A stretch of 64,000 nucleotides of DNA from an uncultured virus (IMG/VR IMGVR_UViG_3300010160_000040). Its lineage: Duplodnaviria; Heunggongvirae; Uroviricota; Caudoviricetes; Crassvirales. The stretch is from IMG/VR virus record IMGVR_UViG_3300010160_000040. One strand, 5' to 3'. Position numbers and translations under genes: made by a program. Under the pieces are notes generated by a model, which made no database searches, was not told where the DNA came from, and was given only the letters and a program-made list of their open reading frames with translations. This document shows, piece by piece, positions 20,340-30,823 of the stretch. Position 1 is the stretch's first letter. Each line of letters begins with the position of its first letter.

Positions 20340-21392
20340 ATGAGCGATTTAAAGTTACGGATAGACGAGGGTTTAGATGGGAAGTATGAAGGGTTATCTA
20401 ATGGCTTTAATAGGCTAAATAACTACATCTTTGGTGTACAAAGAAAGTGTAAAACTCTTATAGGAGGGAATAGTGGTACAGGTAAAACAACATTATGTGA
20501 TTATATGGTTAGTAATGCAATACAAGATGCAAAAGCTAAAAATATAGAACTAGATGTATTTTACTATTCTTATGAAATAGACAAAGTAACTAAGCAGTGT
20601 AACTGGTTAAGTACTATTATATTTAATAAGTATGGTGTTACTATTCCTCCTGAGAGGATAAAAGGTTTAGGTCAAAATAGGTTAAATTCTTATGAGTTAG
20701 GACTAGTTAATGCTGAAATTCCTTATATGGAAGAAATGTTTAGTAAGATAAATTTCTATTTTAAACCAGAGAATCCAACAGGTATGTATCATACTTTATG
20801 GAAATTTGGCGCAGATCATGGTAAATTTACTTATGAAAATTACACAGATTCTGAAGGAAATGTTAAGAAAAAAATAGTTAGTTTTAAACCAACTAACCCA
20901 GATTGGCAATGTTTAGTAATAGTAGATCATATATCTTTATTAAGTCTTGAAAGGGGTTTCTCTGTAAAAGAAAATATTGATAAGTGGTCTGAGTACTGCG
21001 TACAACTAAGTAACCAATTTGGTATTAGTTTCTTTAACATTAGTCAGTTTAATGACTCACTATCTAGTGTAGAAAGGAGTAAGTTTAAAGGTGTAGATTT
21101 ATCTCCGCAACAATCAGATTTCAAAAATACTAGGAATCCTTATGACGATAGTGATGTTGTTATAGGACTTCTAAATCCTTGGAAACTTGATATGAGAGAG
21201 AGTCTTAATTACAAACTAAATGACTTTAAAAGTAATTTTGTGATGTTAAAGATTATTAAAAACAGATTATCTGTTGATAATATAGCAATAGGAACTCTTT
21301 TTAATCCTAAAGCTGGCACATTTATAGAATTACCTAAAGCTGCTGAAATGACCGAAGACCTATACAAAGAGTATTTAAACAAATTAAAATAA
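20340..21392 (+). CDS. dnaB: DnaB-like replicative helicase
   Basis: Walker A GNSGTGKT, Walker B VIVDH, ISQFN, IIKNR. Confidence 0.88.
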   Translation: MSDLKLRIDEGLDGKYEGLSNGFNRLNNYIFGVQRKCKTLIGGNSGTGKTTLCDYMVSNAIQDAKAKNIELDVFYYSYEIDKVTKQCNWLSTIIFNKYGVTIPPERIKGLGQNRLNSYELGLVNAEIPYMEEMFSKINFYFKPENPTGMYHTLWKFGADHGKFTYENYTDSEGNVKKKIVSFKPTNPDWQCLVIVDHISLLSLERGFSVKENIDKWSEYCVQLSNQFGISFFNISQFNDSLSSVERSKFKGVDLSPQQSDFKNTRNPYDDSDVVIGLLNPWKLDMRESLNYKLNDFKSNFVMLKIIKNRLSVDNIAIGTLFNPKAGTFIELPKAAEMTEDLYKEYLNKLK

Positions 21393-21396
21393 CTAG

Positions 21397-22008
21397 ATGC
21401 AAGAAGAAGAAAAAGAAAAAAATGGGGTTACAGCAAGTTTACAAAAGTATGATGAATCAGCACAAGCTGACTTATTAGTAAAAGCTGAAACATGGATTGC
21501 AAGCGGGTTATTACCAAGTTCAATTAAGAAGCCAGAACAAGCTGTTGTTATAGCTTTGAAAGGTAAGGAATTAGGACTTGAAACTATGGCTTCTTTTGAG
21601 CTCATAGATGTGATAATGGGTAAGCCAGCATTAAAACCAAAAGGTATGGCTAGCCTTATCAGAAAGGGAGGTGTAAGAACCAAAACTATAAAAGATTTTG
21701 AACCTATCTTAGACGAGAAAGGAGCTAAAGTTGATTATATTACAACTATTAGATTCTATCGAGATGGGATAGAAGAAGATGTATCTTATACCTATAGAGA
21801 TGCTGAGAGATTAGGATTAACTAATAAGGACAATTGGAAAAAGCAGCCTGCTGTTATGCAGTATTGGAGGTGTTATTCTAAAGGTGCTAATAGAGTTGCC
21901 CCTGATTTAATTAATGGCCTTTATACAACTGAAGAATTAGCGAGTTTTACTCCTAATTCCCCTCAGATAGAAATTACAGAAGATGGTGATGCTATTGTTA
22001 TACAATAA
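21397..22008 (+). CDS. RecT/Bet-like single-strand annealing protein
   Basis: NWKKQPAVM..WR......RVAPD...GLYTTEEL signature. Confidence 0.75.
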   Translation: MQEEEKEKNGVTASLQKYDESAQADLLVKAETWIASGLLPSSIKKPEQAVVIALKGKELGLETMASFELIDVIMGKPALKPKGMASLIRKGGVRTKTIKDFEPILDEKGAKVDYITTIRFYRDGIEEDVSYTYRDAERLGLTNKDNWKKQPAVMQYWRCYSKGANRVAPDLINGLYTTEELASFTPNSPQIEITEDGDAIVIQ

Positions 22009-22079
22009 CTTTACTATATACAAGATTACAAATAATAAACATATTCCTTTAACCACAACAAACATAATACGATAAATAT

Positions 22080-22625
22080 ATGAGCGAAACAACATTTAAC
22101 TTTGCAGAAGTACAATCATCAAAAGAAGTAAAACCAGTAATCCGTCCAGGAGTAAATGAAAATGTTACTATTGGGTCAGTAACTGAAACTACTACAGATA
22201 AAGGTAAGAAGGTAATTCGAGTACCTTTTACTAGTGCTGATGGTGCAGAGTTAACAATTGACATGTCAATGGAAGGAGGGGCACCTCAGTATACAATGCG
22301 AAAACTAAAGCATTTAATGACTAAATCTGCATCAGAAGATGTAGTTAATGCAGCAACTTCAATTGACGATGTTAACAAAATACTTAAAGGTCAAACTTTA
22401 AGAATTAAATTTACAGGTGAAGAATTTGTTTCTAGTAGAGATGGTAAAGTATACGTAAAAACTGTACTAGGTTTACCTAACTTTGCAGAAGCAATGACTA
22501 CCTCTAAAGAAATGAGTGCTTTAGTTTATGATACTAATAATCAGTATGACCTAAAGAAAGTTAACCAAGCAACTATTGATGGTAATGCACCTCAATTAGC
22601 TAAAACAGATGACTTACCATTCTAA
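22080..22625 (+). CDS. single-stranded DNA-binding protein
   Basis: Acidic DDLPF C-terminus; lies between the recombinase and primase genes. Confidence 0.7.
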   Translation: MSETTFNFAEVQSSKEVKPVIRPGVNENVTIGSVTETTTDKGKKVIRVPFTSADGAELTIDMSMEGGAPQYTMRKLKHLMTKSASEDVVNAATSIDDVNKILKGQTLRIKFTGEEFVSSRDGKVYVKTVLGLPNFAEAMTTSKEMSALVYDTNNQYDLKKVNQATIDGNAPQLAKTDDLPF

Positions 22626-22659
22626 ATTTAATTAATTAATAACAAATAAAATCTTAGTT

Positions 22660-23709
22660 ATGTTCGATTTTTCAATGATAAATTCTGAAGACTCCTACAT
22701 AACTAAAGATTTTGTATTAAGTAGGCTATCAGATCAACAAATTATTGAGTACTATCTTAATATTAAATTAGCGTATAGTAACTTAATATCTAGTCCTTTT
22801 AGAGAGGATAAAAATCCAAGTTTTGGAATAAAATATAATGGAAGTAAATTTACAGCTAAAGATTTTGGTACTAAAGAAATATTTGATTGTTTCAATATAG
22901 TAGAAAAATTATATAATTGTAACTTCCAAGAAGCTTTAAGGATAATTTCTAATGATTTTAATCTTATTAGTAAGTCAGAAAAACCTATTACTACCAGCAA
23001 TACTTTACATCAAAGTCAACCTGTAACAGAAATAACACATCTGATCAAACCTAAGAAGAATGTCATTACAATAGAAGAGCAACCTTTTACTAAAGTAGAT
23101 TTAGATTATTGGAGTCTATATGGTATAGATGAAAATACTTTAAAATTATTTAATGTAAAGAGTTGTAAATATGTTTGGTTAAATGGTAGTTTATGCAGAA
23201 TTTATAACAATAAAAACCCTGTGTATGCTTATCAATTTGATAAAACTTATAAAATCTATTGCCCTTTAACTAAAAACAAGAAAACTAAATGGCTGTTTTC
23301 TGGTAATCAAAATGATATAGAAGGATATAATGTTCTAGTGACCAACGTGTTCAGTCAAGAAATATCAAATTATGAGAAATCTACATTTGATACTATTATA
23401 GTAACCAAGAGTCTAAAAGATGTTATGTGTCTATACAAATTGGGTTATCAAGCTATAAGTTTACAAGGTGAAACTAATCCTTTTACTTTTGAGTTATATT
23501 TGAAACTAAAAAATCTTGGATTAAAAAACTTCTATTCTTTTTATGATAATGATAAAGCTGGAATTGCTGGTACTAATGAAATAGTATCAGCTTTTCCTGA
23601 TTTTATACCTTTATACATACCAGATGAATATGGAGCTAAAGATATTAGTGATTATACTGCAAAGTTCGGATTAAGAGAAGCAAAAGTGTTGATTGATAGC
23701 CTACTCTAA
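22660..23709 (+). CDS. dnaG: DNA primase (DnaG-type TOPRIM)
   Basis: SPFREDKNPSF N-domain; TKSLKDVM, YDNDKAG, KDISD. Confidence 0.85.
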   Translation: MFDFSMINSEDSYITKDFVLSRLSDQQIIEYYLNIKLAYSNLISSPFREDKNPSFGIKYNGSKFTAKDFGTKEIFDCFNIVEKLYNCNFQEALRIISNDFNLISKSEKPITTSNTLHQSQPVTEITHLIKPKKNVITIEEQPFTKVDLDYWSLYGIDENTLKLFNVKSCKYVWLNGSLCRIYNNKNPVYAYQFDKTYKIYCPLTKNKKTKWLFSGNQNDIEGYNVLVTNVFSQEISNYEKSTFDTIIVTKSLKDVMCLYKLGYQAISLQGETNPFTFELYLKLKNLGLKNFYSFYDNDKAGIAGTNEIVSAFPDFIPLYIPDEYGAKDISDYTAKFGLREAKVLIDSLL

Positions 23710-23744
23710 TACAATAATACTTAATTAAAGTATGAGGAAAGTAT

Positions 23745-24341
23745 ATGAGAGGTTACCAAATAGATGATAAAAGTATAATATATCAAAAAGTTTTAGACAA
23801 CTATATAGAATATGTTACACTTAGCAACAAAAGAAGACCTACTTTTTATAAACGCGGAGTCCCTATACCTAAGAAGTATAAGAAAGAAGACTATGGTTTT
23901 AACAAAGAAGGTATATTAATTAATAAAGAAAGTAGTGAAAAAATAATTAAAAATGTTAGAAGTGTTGGAACTCCTAAGTTGAAGAAGATATCTGGACAAG
24001 ATATTTGGGTTGGATTACCTTTTCATCTAAGAACCAAAATTGCTAGAGAAGTTAAATTATACTTTCTTAATGAATTAAATGATTTACAAAAAATAGACCC
24101 TAAATTGTTTCCAATTGGGGTAGATATGACTTTTGTTAAAAGTATTGATAGAAATAACTGGGATATAGATAATCTAGCTTTAATATACCGTAAGGTATTA
24201 TTAGACTGTTTAAAACTAGTTGTAGGTGCAGATGACTCATCTGAATTTATTCAAGAAATACCAACAAGATTTATACCTACTGAAGATGGTAGAAGACAAT
24301 TAATTATTACAATATATACTATAAATGATACAAATGAGTAA
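23745..24341 (+). CDS. RusA-like Holliday junction resolvase
   Basis: DIDNL...KVLLDCL....DD motif. Confidence 0.7.
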   Translation: MRGYQIDDKSIIYQKVLDNYIEYVTLSNKRRPTFYKRGVPIPKKYKKEDYGFNKEGILINKESSEKIIKNVRSVGTPKLKKISGQDIWVGLPFHLRTKIAREVKLYFLNELNDLQKIDPKLFPIGVDMTFVKSIDRNNWDIDNLALIYRKVLLDCLKLVVGADDSSEFIQEIPTRFIPTEDGRRQLIITIYTINDTNE

Positions 24342-24597
24342 AGCCACTGAAAAACAAATTAAAAATACAACAATTAGTTTAGATAGTTTTACTTTAGCTT
24401 CAGATTTAGCTGATGTACTTATTAAAGATAAATATAAAGACCCTGAATTAATCTTTGATTATGATGAGGTTAATGATTGTTATATCTATAAAGAAAGTAT
24501 AGCTGCAGAATATGAAGAAATGGTTGATAATCTAAACGATTATTTAATTAACCAATACAGTAATTTAAATATATATGGAAGCGGAATTAAAAGCTAA
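24334..24597 (+). CDS. acidic hypothetical protein
   Basis: Short ORF overlapping both neighbours; start uncertain (24325 or 24334). Confidence 0.55.
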   Translation: MSKATEKQIKNTTISLDSFTLASDLADVLIKDKYKDPELIFDYDEVNDCYIYKESIAAEYEEMVDNLNDYLINQYSNLNIYGSGIKS

Positions 24598-24931
24598 CTC
24601 AGTAATAGAAAGGGAGTATAAAGGTTCTATTTATATGTATCCTACTGAATTAATAGAAGGTATTTTAGCTCAATTTGGACCTAAATCTGATGAGTATGAT
24701 GCGGCTATTAATGGTAGGTATACTTTAGGGCCTATGATAGAAGAGTATCTAACTAATGATACTATTTCTAGTGATGAGTTTATAATAGCTTATGAACAAG
24801 GGGATGAAGAACTTTGGAGATATTATCAAATGTTTACTTTAAATGAGCCCTACAAAGTTTTATATGACCAATGGTTAGCAGTAATGCATAACGAAGAGGT
24901 TGAATTGTTAGAGGAGGACTATGCAGATTAA
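24575..24931 (+). CDS. acidic hypothetical protein
   Basis: 118-aa ORF overlapping both neighbours. Confidence 0.6.
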   Translation: MEAELKANSVIEREYKGSIYMYPTELIEGILAQFGPKSDEYDAAINGRYTLGPMIEEYLTNDTISSDEFIIAYEQGDEELWRYYQMFTLNEPYKVLYDQWLAVMHNEEVELLEEDYAD

Positions 24932-25781
24932 AATAGTGCCTAATCCTTCGATTAGAGGAACTTTAGTAGACTTTATAAGTAATACTAAGATAATACAAGA
25001 TGAAGGGCTTAAAACAGCTATAATTGATGCAGATAGTATTTTATTTGCTATTTGTGTAGATAAGAAACAAGATGATTATCAAATAGCTCAATTTGGAGCT
25101 CAAACTGAAAGAACTTTAAATAATGTGATTGAAGAATTTAACACATATTTTTTAAAGATTCTAATGGACTCAGGTTGTCTTCAATATGTAGCTTTCTTAA
25201 CAGCTGGTTCTCATCGTTATAGTTTTTACCCAGAATACAAAGCTAATCGAAAGAAGTTAGAAAAACCTAGATTTTTGAAAGAATTAACAGCTTATGCTAT
25301 TGAAACCTTAGGTTTCTGTAGAGTAGATGGTTATGAGGCAGATGATTTAGTTAATATGTGTAAAGAACAATTGGGGCAGAATGTCTTAATTGTTCATACA
25401 GATAAAGACTTAGATCAAATTCCAGGTAATCATTATAACTACAAGAAACCAGAATTTTATGATATTAGTGAAGATGCCGCTCAGTTAAACTTGTGGACAC
25501 AAGTAATAACAGGTGATTCTATAGATAATATTAAAGGAATTCCAGGTAAAGGTAGTAAGTTTGCTGAAACTCTATTTGAAGAAGATGAAGAAGGAACACC
25601 TTTTCATAGTTTAGTATTACATGAATATGTAACTAAATTCGGAGAATACCAAGGTATAGAAGAGTTTACTAAAAACTATAAGCTTATTAAGTTATTAGGA
25701 TTAGGTAATTCAGGGCTATTTTTTCAAACAAGTTTAGTAGAAGATAAGTTAGATTTAGAAGCTAATTTAAATCTACAATAA
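24921..25781 (+). CDS. 5'-3' exonuclease / flap endonuclease (T7 gp6-like)
   Basis: IIDADS, YKANR, EADD, DKDLDQIPG, GDSIDNIKGIPGKG. Confidence 0.9.
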   Translation: MQIKIVPNPSIRGTLVDFISNTKIIQDEGLKTAIIDADSILFAICVDKKQDDYQIAQFGAQTERTLNNVIEEFNTYFLKILMDSGCLQYVAFLTAGSHRYSFYPEYKANRKKLEKPRFLKELTAYAIETLGFCRVDGYEADDLVNMCKEQLGQNVLIVHTDKDLDQIPGNHYNYKKPEFYDISEDAAQLNLWTQVITGDSIDNIKGIPGKGSKFAETLFEEDEEGTPFHSLVLHEYVTKFGEYQGIEEFTKNYKLIKLLGLGNSGLFFQTSLVEDKLDLEANLNLQ

Positions 25782-25810
25782 TAATAATAATAACTAGTAA
25801 GAGGAGATAG

Positions 25811-26404
25811 ATGATAGAGGAGATAGAGAAAACTAGTGAGAAAGGTAATTTTGATGTAAATAAAGTTACTAAATCAAATATTTTTGTAAGAAGTATGTTA
25901 GGGTATTCATTTGATTTTTATGGTGAGAATTTCCATAATTGTTATATTGGAGGAGATACTCAAAAAGATGTTTTATACTTAACATTTAAAAAACCTATTT
26001 TAGACCAAACCAAATTTAATAAAATATTAGAAACTTTAAGTATAGATGAGTACTATATTGGATACAAAACATCTGAAGATTGGTGTATTGTTAAAATGTA
26101 TGTACCTATGCAATACCTAAATGATTTTAATAAGTTTGTTAACGGTAAGTATTCACAAATGAGTGAAGACTTTAAAGAGAATTTATTGAGTATCTTATTA
26201 AGATATGATAAAACTAAAACTCTTTTTAGTAGAACTAAAGCTTGTTTATATCCTACAAAGGAAGCAAGAAAACATTTAAGTGAAGCTTTAGGGGTTACAA
26301 TAGATAAGGATGCTGAAGTGGCTTCAGTTCCTAATATGGACATAGAAAGGTATAGAGATGAGTATTTTAGAAAAGAAGACAATGAAAGCAAAGGAAACTA
26401 TTAA
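25811..26404 (+). CDS. hypothetical protein
   Basis: 197-aa ORF preceded by GAGGAG. Confidence 0.7.
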   Translation: MIEEIEKTSEKGNFDVNKVTKSNIFVRSMLGYSFDFYGENFHNCYIGGDTQKDVLYLTFKKPILDQTKFNKILETLSIDEYYIGYKTSEDWCIVKMYVPMQYLNDFNKFVNGKYSQMSEDFKENLLSILLRYDKTKTLFSRTKACLYPTKEARKHLSEALGVTIDKDAEVASVPNMDIERYRDEYFRKEDNESKGNY

Positions 26405-26729
26405 ATACGATGAAGGTAAACCTTGTCTAAGTGATGTGCCTCAATTAGCTTTAATGAGTGTGGCTAAAGTATTTAATTATGGAGCTAATAAATACTCCAA
26501 ATTTAACTACTCACACGGTACTAATTGGTTACGTTATTATGACGCAGCTCAAAGACATATGAGTTCTTGGATGACTGGAGAAGATATTGATGAGTCTACC
26601 CATAATCATATAGATCATGCAATAGCTAGTCTAATGATGCTTAGAGAGAACATACATCTTGAAAGAGGAGATGATGATAGAAATGATATTTACAAAAAAC
26701 AACAATTAAAATTAGAATTCAATGAATAA
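26382..26729 (+). CDS. DUF5664 dATP/dGTP diphosphohydrolase-domain protein
   Basis: KYDEGKP, V..YGA.KY..FNY..G, RY.DAA.RH, GED.D....H..HA. Confidence 0.8.
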   Translation: MKAKETIKYDEGKPCLSDVPQLALMSVAKVFNYGANKYSKFNYSHGTNWLRYYDAAQRHMSSWMTGEDIDESTHNHIDHAIASLMMLRENIHLERGDDDRNDIYKKQQLKLEFNE

Positions 26730-27210
26730 AGAAGCAGAACAAGTAGTTTACGCAGAAGACATGGTTAAACCAAATGTATTTGTACAATTTAAGAAGTTAG
26801 ATGAAAAGGCTGTAATTCCAACTTACGCTAACATAGGAGATGTAGGAGCAGACTTAACTGCTACTTCAGTTAATCATGTACCAGCTACTATTGAAGAAGC
26901 TGCTTACTATGAGTATGGTACTGGGTTAGCTATTAAGATACCTGAAGGTTATGGAGGTTTTATATTTCCTAGAAGCAGTATATCTAAAAAAGATTTATTT
27001 CTTGCTAATGCGGTAGGAGTAATTGACCCTAGTTATACAGGCGAAATTAAACTACGCTTTAAATACAAAACTTTACCTAAGTTGTATGATGCAGGCGAAA
27101 GAATTGGCCAGCTTGTTATATTACCAATACCAACTATTAATTTTAGTGAAGTTTCAGAACTTCCTATAACACAACGTGGAAATGGCGGATTTGGAAGCAG
27201 CGGAGCCTAG
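26722..27210 (+). CDS. dut: trimeric dUTPase
   Basis: GADL, PRSS, GVID.SYTGE, RIGQL, RGNGGFGSSG. Confidence 0.93.
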   Translation: MNKEAEQVVYAEDMVKPNVFVQFKKLDEKAVIPTYANIGDVGADLTATSVNHVPATIEEAAYYEYGTGLAIKIPEGYGGFIFPRSSISKKDLFLANAVGVIDPSYTGEIKLRFKYKTLPKLYDAGERIGQLVILPIPTINFSEVSELPITQRGNGGFGSSGA

Positions 27211-27412
27211 TTCTGATGATAATAATTTTGAGTTTACTATGAAACATTTAACTGCTAATGGGTTAGGAATAACTGTAGATCAGTTAGATGTTTTAGTACC
27301 TCAATTATCAGAAGAAGAATTTAATACAGTTAGACAGTTTTTGATATCAGAAGATTCAGAATCAGAAAAAGAAGCTAAACTGGTTATAAACAAATACCTA
27401 AAGAATGAATAG
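27176..27412 (+). CDS. hypothetical protein
   Basis: 78-aa ORF filling the gap between dUTPase and the exonuclease; start uncertain. Confidence 0.5.
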   Translation: MEMADLEAAEPSSDDNNFEFTMKHLTANGLGITVDQLDVLVPQLSEEEFNTVRQFLISEDSESEKEAKLVINKYLKNE

Positions 27413-28178
27413 TAAAGGAAAGAAAGAGGCAGTTAAAAAGTTTAAAAGACTATTTTATGATATTGAAACATCTTATAATATAGTTAAATCTTGGAGAATA
27501 GGTTATGAAGTTAGGTTAACTGATAAGGATATTATCCAAGAAAGAGCAATTATTTGTGTAGCTTACAAGTGGGATGGAGATAGCCAAGTTAAGTATTTAG
27601 CTTGGAATAAGGGTGATGATAGTGAGTTAGTAACAAAGTTTGCTGAGATTTTAAATTCAGCTGATGAAGTGATAGGGCATAATTCAGATAGATTCGATAC
27701 CAAGTGGTTGAGAACTAGATGCTTATATCACGGAGTAGCATTAACTCCTTTTATTCAATCTATTGATACTTTAAAAGAAGCTAAGAAACTATTCTTATTT
27801 AACTCTAACAAGTTAGATTATATTAGTAAATTCTTAGGTTCTGAAGGTAAGATGGAAACTGGGGGATTAGAATTATGGGATGACGTTGTTTTAAGACACA
27901 ACAAACAAGCTTTAAACAAAATGGTAGCATATTGTAAGCAAGATGTTGAAGTCTTAGAAGAAGTTTTCAATAAACTAAATCCTTATTTAAAGAATAAAGT
28001 TACTAAAACTATTAGAGTAGAAGGTAATGGTATTAACTGTGTGGAGTGTGGCTCTCCAAATATAGTTAAACATAAGATAAGAATTAGTATTGCTGGAAGA
28101 CAAACCCAACAATATCAATGCAAAACTTGTGGTAAGTATCATTCTGTAGCTATTAAGAAAGATAGTAAAAATAACTAG
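27405..28178 (+). CDS. DnaQ/RNase H-like exonuclease with C-terminal Zn ribbon
   Basis: FYDIET, GHNSDRFD, SNKLDY, YCKQDV; CVECG...CKTCG. Confidence 0.8.
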   Translation: MNSKGKKEAVKKFKRLFYDIETSYNIVKSWRIGYEVRLTDKDIIQERAIICVAYKWDGDSQVKYLAWNKGDDSELVTKFAEILNSADEVIGHNSDRFDTKWLRTRCLYHGVALTPFIQSIDTLKEAKKLFLFNSNKLDYISKFLGSEGKMETGGLELWDDVVLRHNKQALNKMVAYCKQDVEVLEEVFNKLNPYLKNKVTKTIRVEGNGINCVECGSPNIVKHKIRISIAGRQTQQYQCKTCGKYHSVAIKKDSKNN

Positions 28179-28279
28179 GTAGTATCTTATGTATTATAAG
28201 AGAAAGTTGTAAAAATTGATTAGGGAGGATATATTGTATGTCCTCCCATTCAATAATGTGTGGTAGATAAATAATATAT

Positions 28280-30148
28280 ATGATAGAAAACAAAACAGAA
28301 ACATCAATTCAAGTGTTAAGCGACTTAGTAGTTTTTAACAAGTACGCAAAGTATAACCCAATCTTAAAAAGAAGAGAAGCCTATAGTGAAGTAGTAGATA
28401 GGTATATAAATATGATGATTAAAAAATATCCTACTTTAAAAGAAGATATTATTTACCAATCAAAGTTTATATATGATAAAAAGGTATTGCCTAGTATGAG
28501 AGCTATGCAATTCTCTGGCGCTGCTATTGAAAAGAATGAAGCTAGAATTTATAACTGCTGTTATTTACCTATAGATGACTATAGAAGTTTTAGTGAAATT
28601 ATGTTTCTACTATTAGGAGGTACAGGTGTAGGCTATTCTGTTCAGAATAACCATGTTGATAGGTTACCTGAAATACATAAACCTACTAAGGAACAAAAGT
28701 ATCTTGTAGGCGATAGTATTGAAGGTTGGGCTGATGCTGTAAGACATCTTATGGCTAGTTATTTTGGACTTAGAACTACTAAACCTAAATTTGATTTTAG
28801 TGATATTAGACCTAAAGGACAAAGACTTATTACAGCTGGTGGTAAAGCTCCAGGACCTGAACCACTTATGAGGTGTTTATTTGAAATAGAGAGGATTCTT
28901 GATAGAAAGAGTAATGGTGAGAAGTTAACCTCACTAGAAGTACATGATATTGTATGTCACTTAGCTGATTCAGTACTAGCAGGAGGCATTCGTAGAGCAG
29001 CATTAATTTGCTTATTCAATGCAGATGATGAAGCTATGCTTACTTGTAAGTTTGGTAATTGGTGGGAAGAAAACCCTCAAAGAGGTAGGGCTAATAACTC
29101 TGCTGTCTTAGTAAGACATAAGATATCTAAAGAGTTTTTCTTAGATTTGTGGAAGAAGATTGAGCTATCTAATAGTGGGGAACCAGGTATTTACTTTACT
29201 AACAATCCAGATTGGGGTACTAACCCTTGTTGTGAAATAGCTCTAAGACCTTATCAGTTCTGTAACTTATCTGAGATTAATGTATCAAATTTAGAGTCAC
29301 AAGAAGACTATAATCAAAGAGCAAAAGCTGCTTCATTCTTTGGTACATTACAAGCAGGATTTACTGACTTCCATTATCTAAGACCTATTTGGAAGAAGAC
29401 TACTGAGAAAGACGCTCTAATAGGTATAGGAATGACAGGTATTGCTTCTAATGAGATATTTAAGTATGACCCTAAAGAAGCTACAGAAGTTGTTATTGAT
29501 ACTAATAAACGCTTAGCTAATTACTTAGGTATTAATCCTGCAGCTAGAACAACTTGTATTAAACCATCTGGTACTACTAGTTTAGTGTTAGGTGTAAGTT
29601 CAGGTATTCATGCTTGGCATAATGATTACTATATTAGAAGAATGCAGATGAATAAATCTGAGGCTATCTATGAGTATCTAAGTGCTAATCATCCTGAGAT
29701 TATACAAGACTATAAGATGATTGCTAATAGCGCTGTAGTAGAAATACCTATTAAAGCACCTGAAGGAGCTACTATTAGAAACAAGGAAACAGCATTAGAG
29801 TTACTTCAAAAAGTTAAATTTCTAAATGAAACTTGGATTAAACCAGGTCATAATGCTGGTGAAAATACTCATAACATATCTGCTACTATATCTGTAAAAG
29901 ATGATGAATGGGAGTCTATTGGTAATTGGATGTGGGATAACAGAACCTCTTTTAATGGGTTAAGTGTTTTACCTTATGATGGCGGTAGCTATATTCAAGC
30001 TCCTTTTGAAGATATAACTAAAGAGAAGTATGAAGAATTAGTTAAACATATTCATTCTATTGATCTTACTAAAGTTATCGAAGAAGATGATAATACTACA
30101 CTAGTTGATGAAATAGCTTGTGGAGCATCTGGTTGTGAAATAAAATAA
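28280..30148 (+). CDS. nrdJ: class II (adenosylcobalamin-dependent) ribonucleotide reductase
   Basis: LPSMR, YNC, GTGVG, GGIRRAA, TNPCCEI, KPSGT, C-terminal CGASGCE. No NrdB in the window. Confidence 0.9.
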   Translation: MIENKTETSIQVLSDLVVFNKYAKYNPILKRREAYSEVVDRYINMMIKKYPTLKEDIIYQSKFIYDKKVLPSMRAMQFSGAAIEKNEARIYNCCYLPIDDYRSFSEIMFLLLGGTGVGYSVQNNHVDRLPEIHKPTKEQKYLVGDSIEGWADAVRHLMASYFGLRTTKPKFDFSDIRPKGQRLITAGGKAPGPEPLMRCLFEIERILDRKSNGEKLTSLEVHDIVCHLADSVLAGGIRRAALICLFNADDEAMLTCKFGNWWEENPQRGRANNSAVLVRHKISKEFFLDLWKKIELSNSGEPGIYFTNNPDWGTNPCCEIALRPYQFCNLSEINVSNLESQEDYNQRAKAASFFGTLQAGFTDFHYLRPIWKKTTEKDALIGIGMTGIASNEIFKYDPKEATEVVIDTNKRLANYLGINPAARTTCIKPSGTTSLVLGVSSGIHAWHNDYYIRRMQMNKSEAIYEYLSANHPEIIQDYKMIANSAVVEIPIKAPEGATIRNKETALELLQKVKFLNETWIKPGHNAGENTHNISATISVKDDEWESIGNWMWDNRTSFNGLSVLPYDGGSYIQAPFEDITKEKYEELVKHIHSIDLTKVIEEDDNTTLVDEIACGASGCEIK

Positions 30149-30155
30149 TTATAAT

Positions 30156-30815
30156 ATGAAAGAACCTAATAGACAGAGAAAAGGAGATATTAAGGTGATC
30201 AATGCTATCCAATTAAATGATGAGCAGAAACATGCTAAAAGTCTTATCATCGCAAATCAAATTGTAGTGGTTACAGGTAGGGCTGGTAGTGGTAAAAGTT
30301 TAGTCTGCGCTCAAGCAGCTTTAGACTTCCTTAAGAAGAAGCAGGTAAATTGTATTTGGAATACAAGAGCAGCTATTGAAGTAGGTAAATCACTAGGATT
30401 TCTTCCTGGTGCTTTAGATGAAAAGTTTGACCCTTATATGGAAGCTTTTATAGAGAACTTAAATAAATGCTGTACTAATAAGGCTGAGGTAGAAAATCTA
30501 ATAGAATCAGGTAAAATTAAAGCTCTGCCTATTCAATTTATTAGAGGTAAAACTATTGATGATATTCTAATTTTAGAAGAGAGTCAAAATACTACTAAAG
30601 CTGAAATGCTTGCTATTCTAACTAGATTAGGTAAAACAGGTAAGATTATTATTAATGGGGATAACGAGCAAAAAGACATTAAAGATGATTATAATGGTCT
30701 GAGCTATGTTATTGAATTATCAAAACAAATACCTGGTATTAAATGGATTAAATTAAAAGCTAACCATCGAAGTGACTTAGTAGGTAAAATTCTAGAATAT
30801 GAGTATGATAAATAA
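30156..30815 (+). CDS. phoH: PhoH family ATPase
   Basis: GRAGSGKS, LGFLPG, FIRGKT, EESQN, LTRLG, GD..Q.D. Confidence 0.9.
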   Translation: MKEPNRQRKGDIKVINAIQLNDEQKHAKSLIIANQIVVVTGRAGSGKSLVCAQAALDFLKKKQVNCIWNTRAAIEVGKSLGFLPGALDEKFDPYMEAFIENLNKCCTNKAEVENLIESGKIKALPIQFIRGKTIDDILILEESQNTTKAEMLAILTRLGKTGKIIINGDNEQKDIKDDYNGLSYVIELSKQIPGIKWIKLKANHRSDLVGKILEYEYDK

Positions 30816-30823
30816 TTAAAGGT

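Noticed and set aside
20340..30148. Inteins or further introns in dnaB, primase or nrdJ
   Set aside because: The proteins are of normal length with contiguous motifs; no C...HN intein ends or intron cores were seen.
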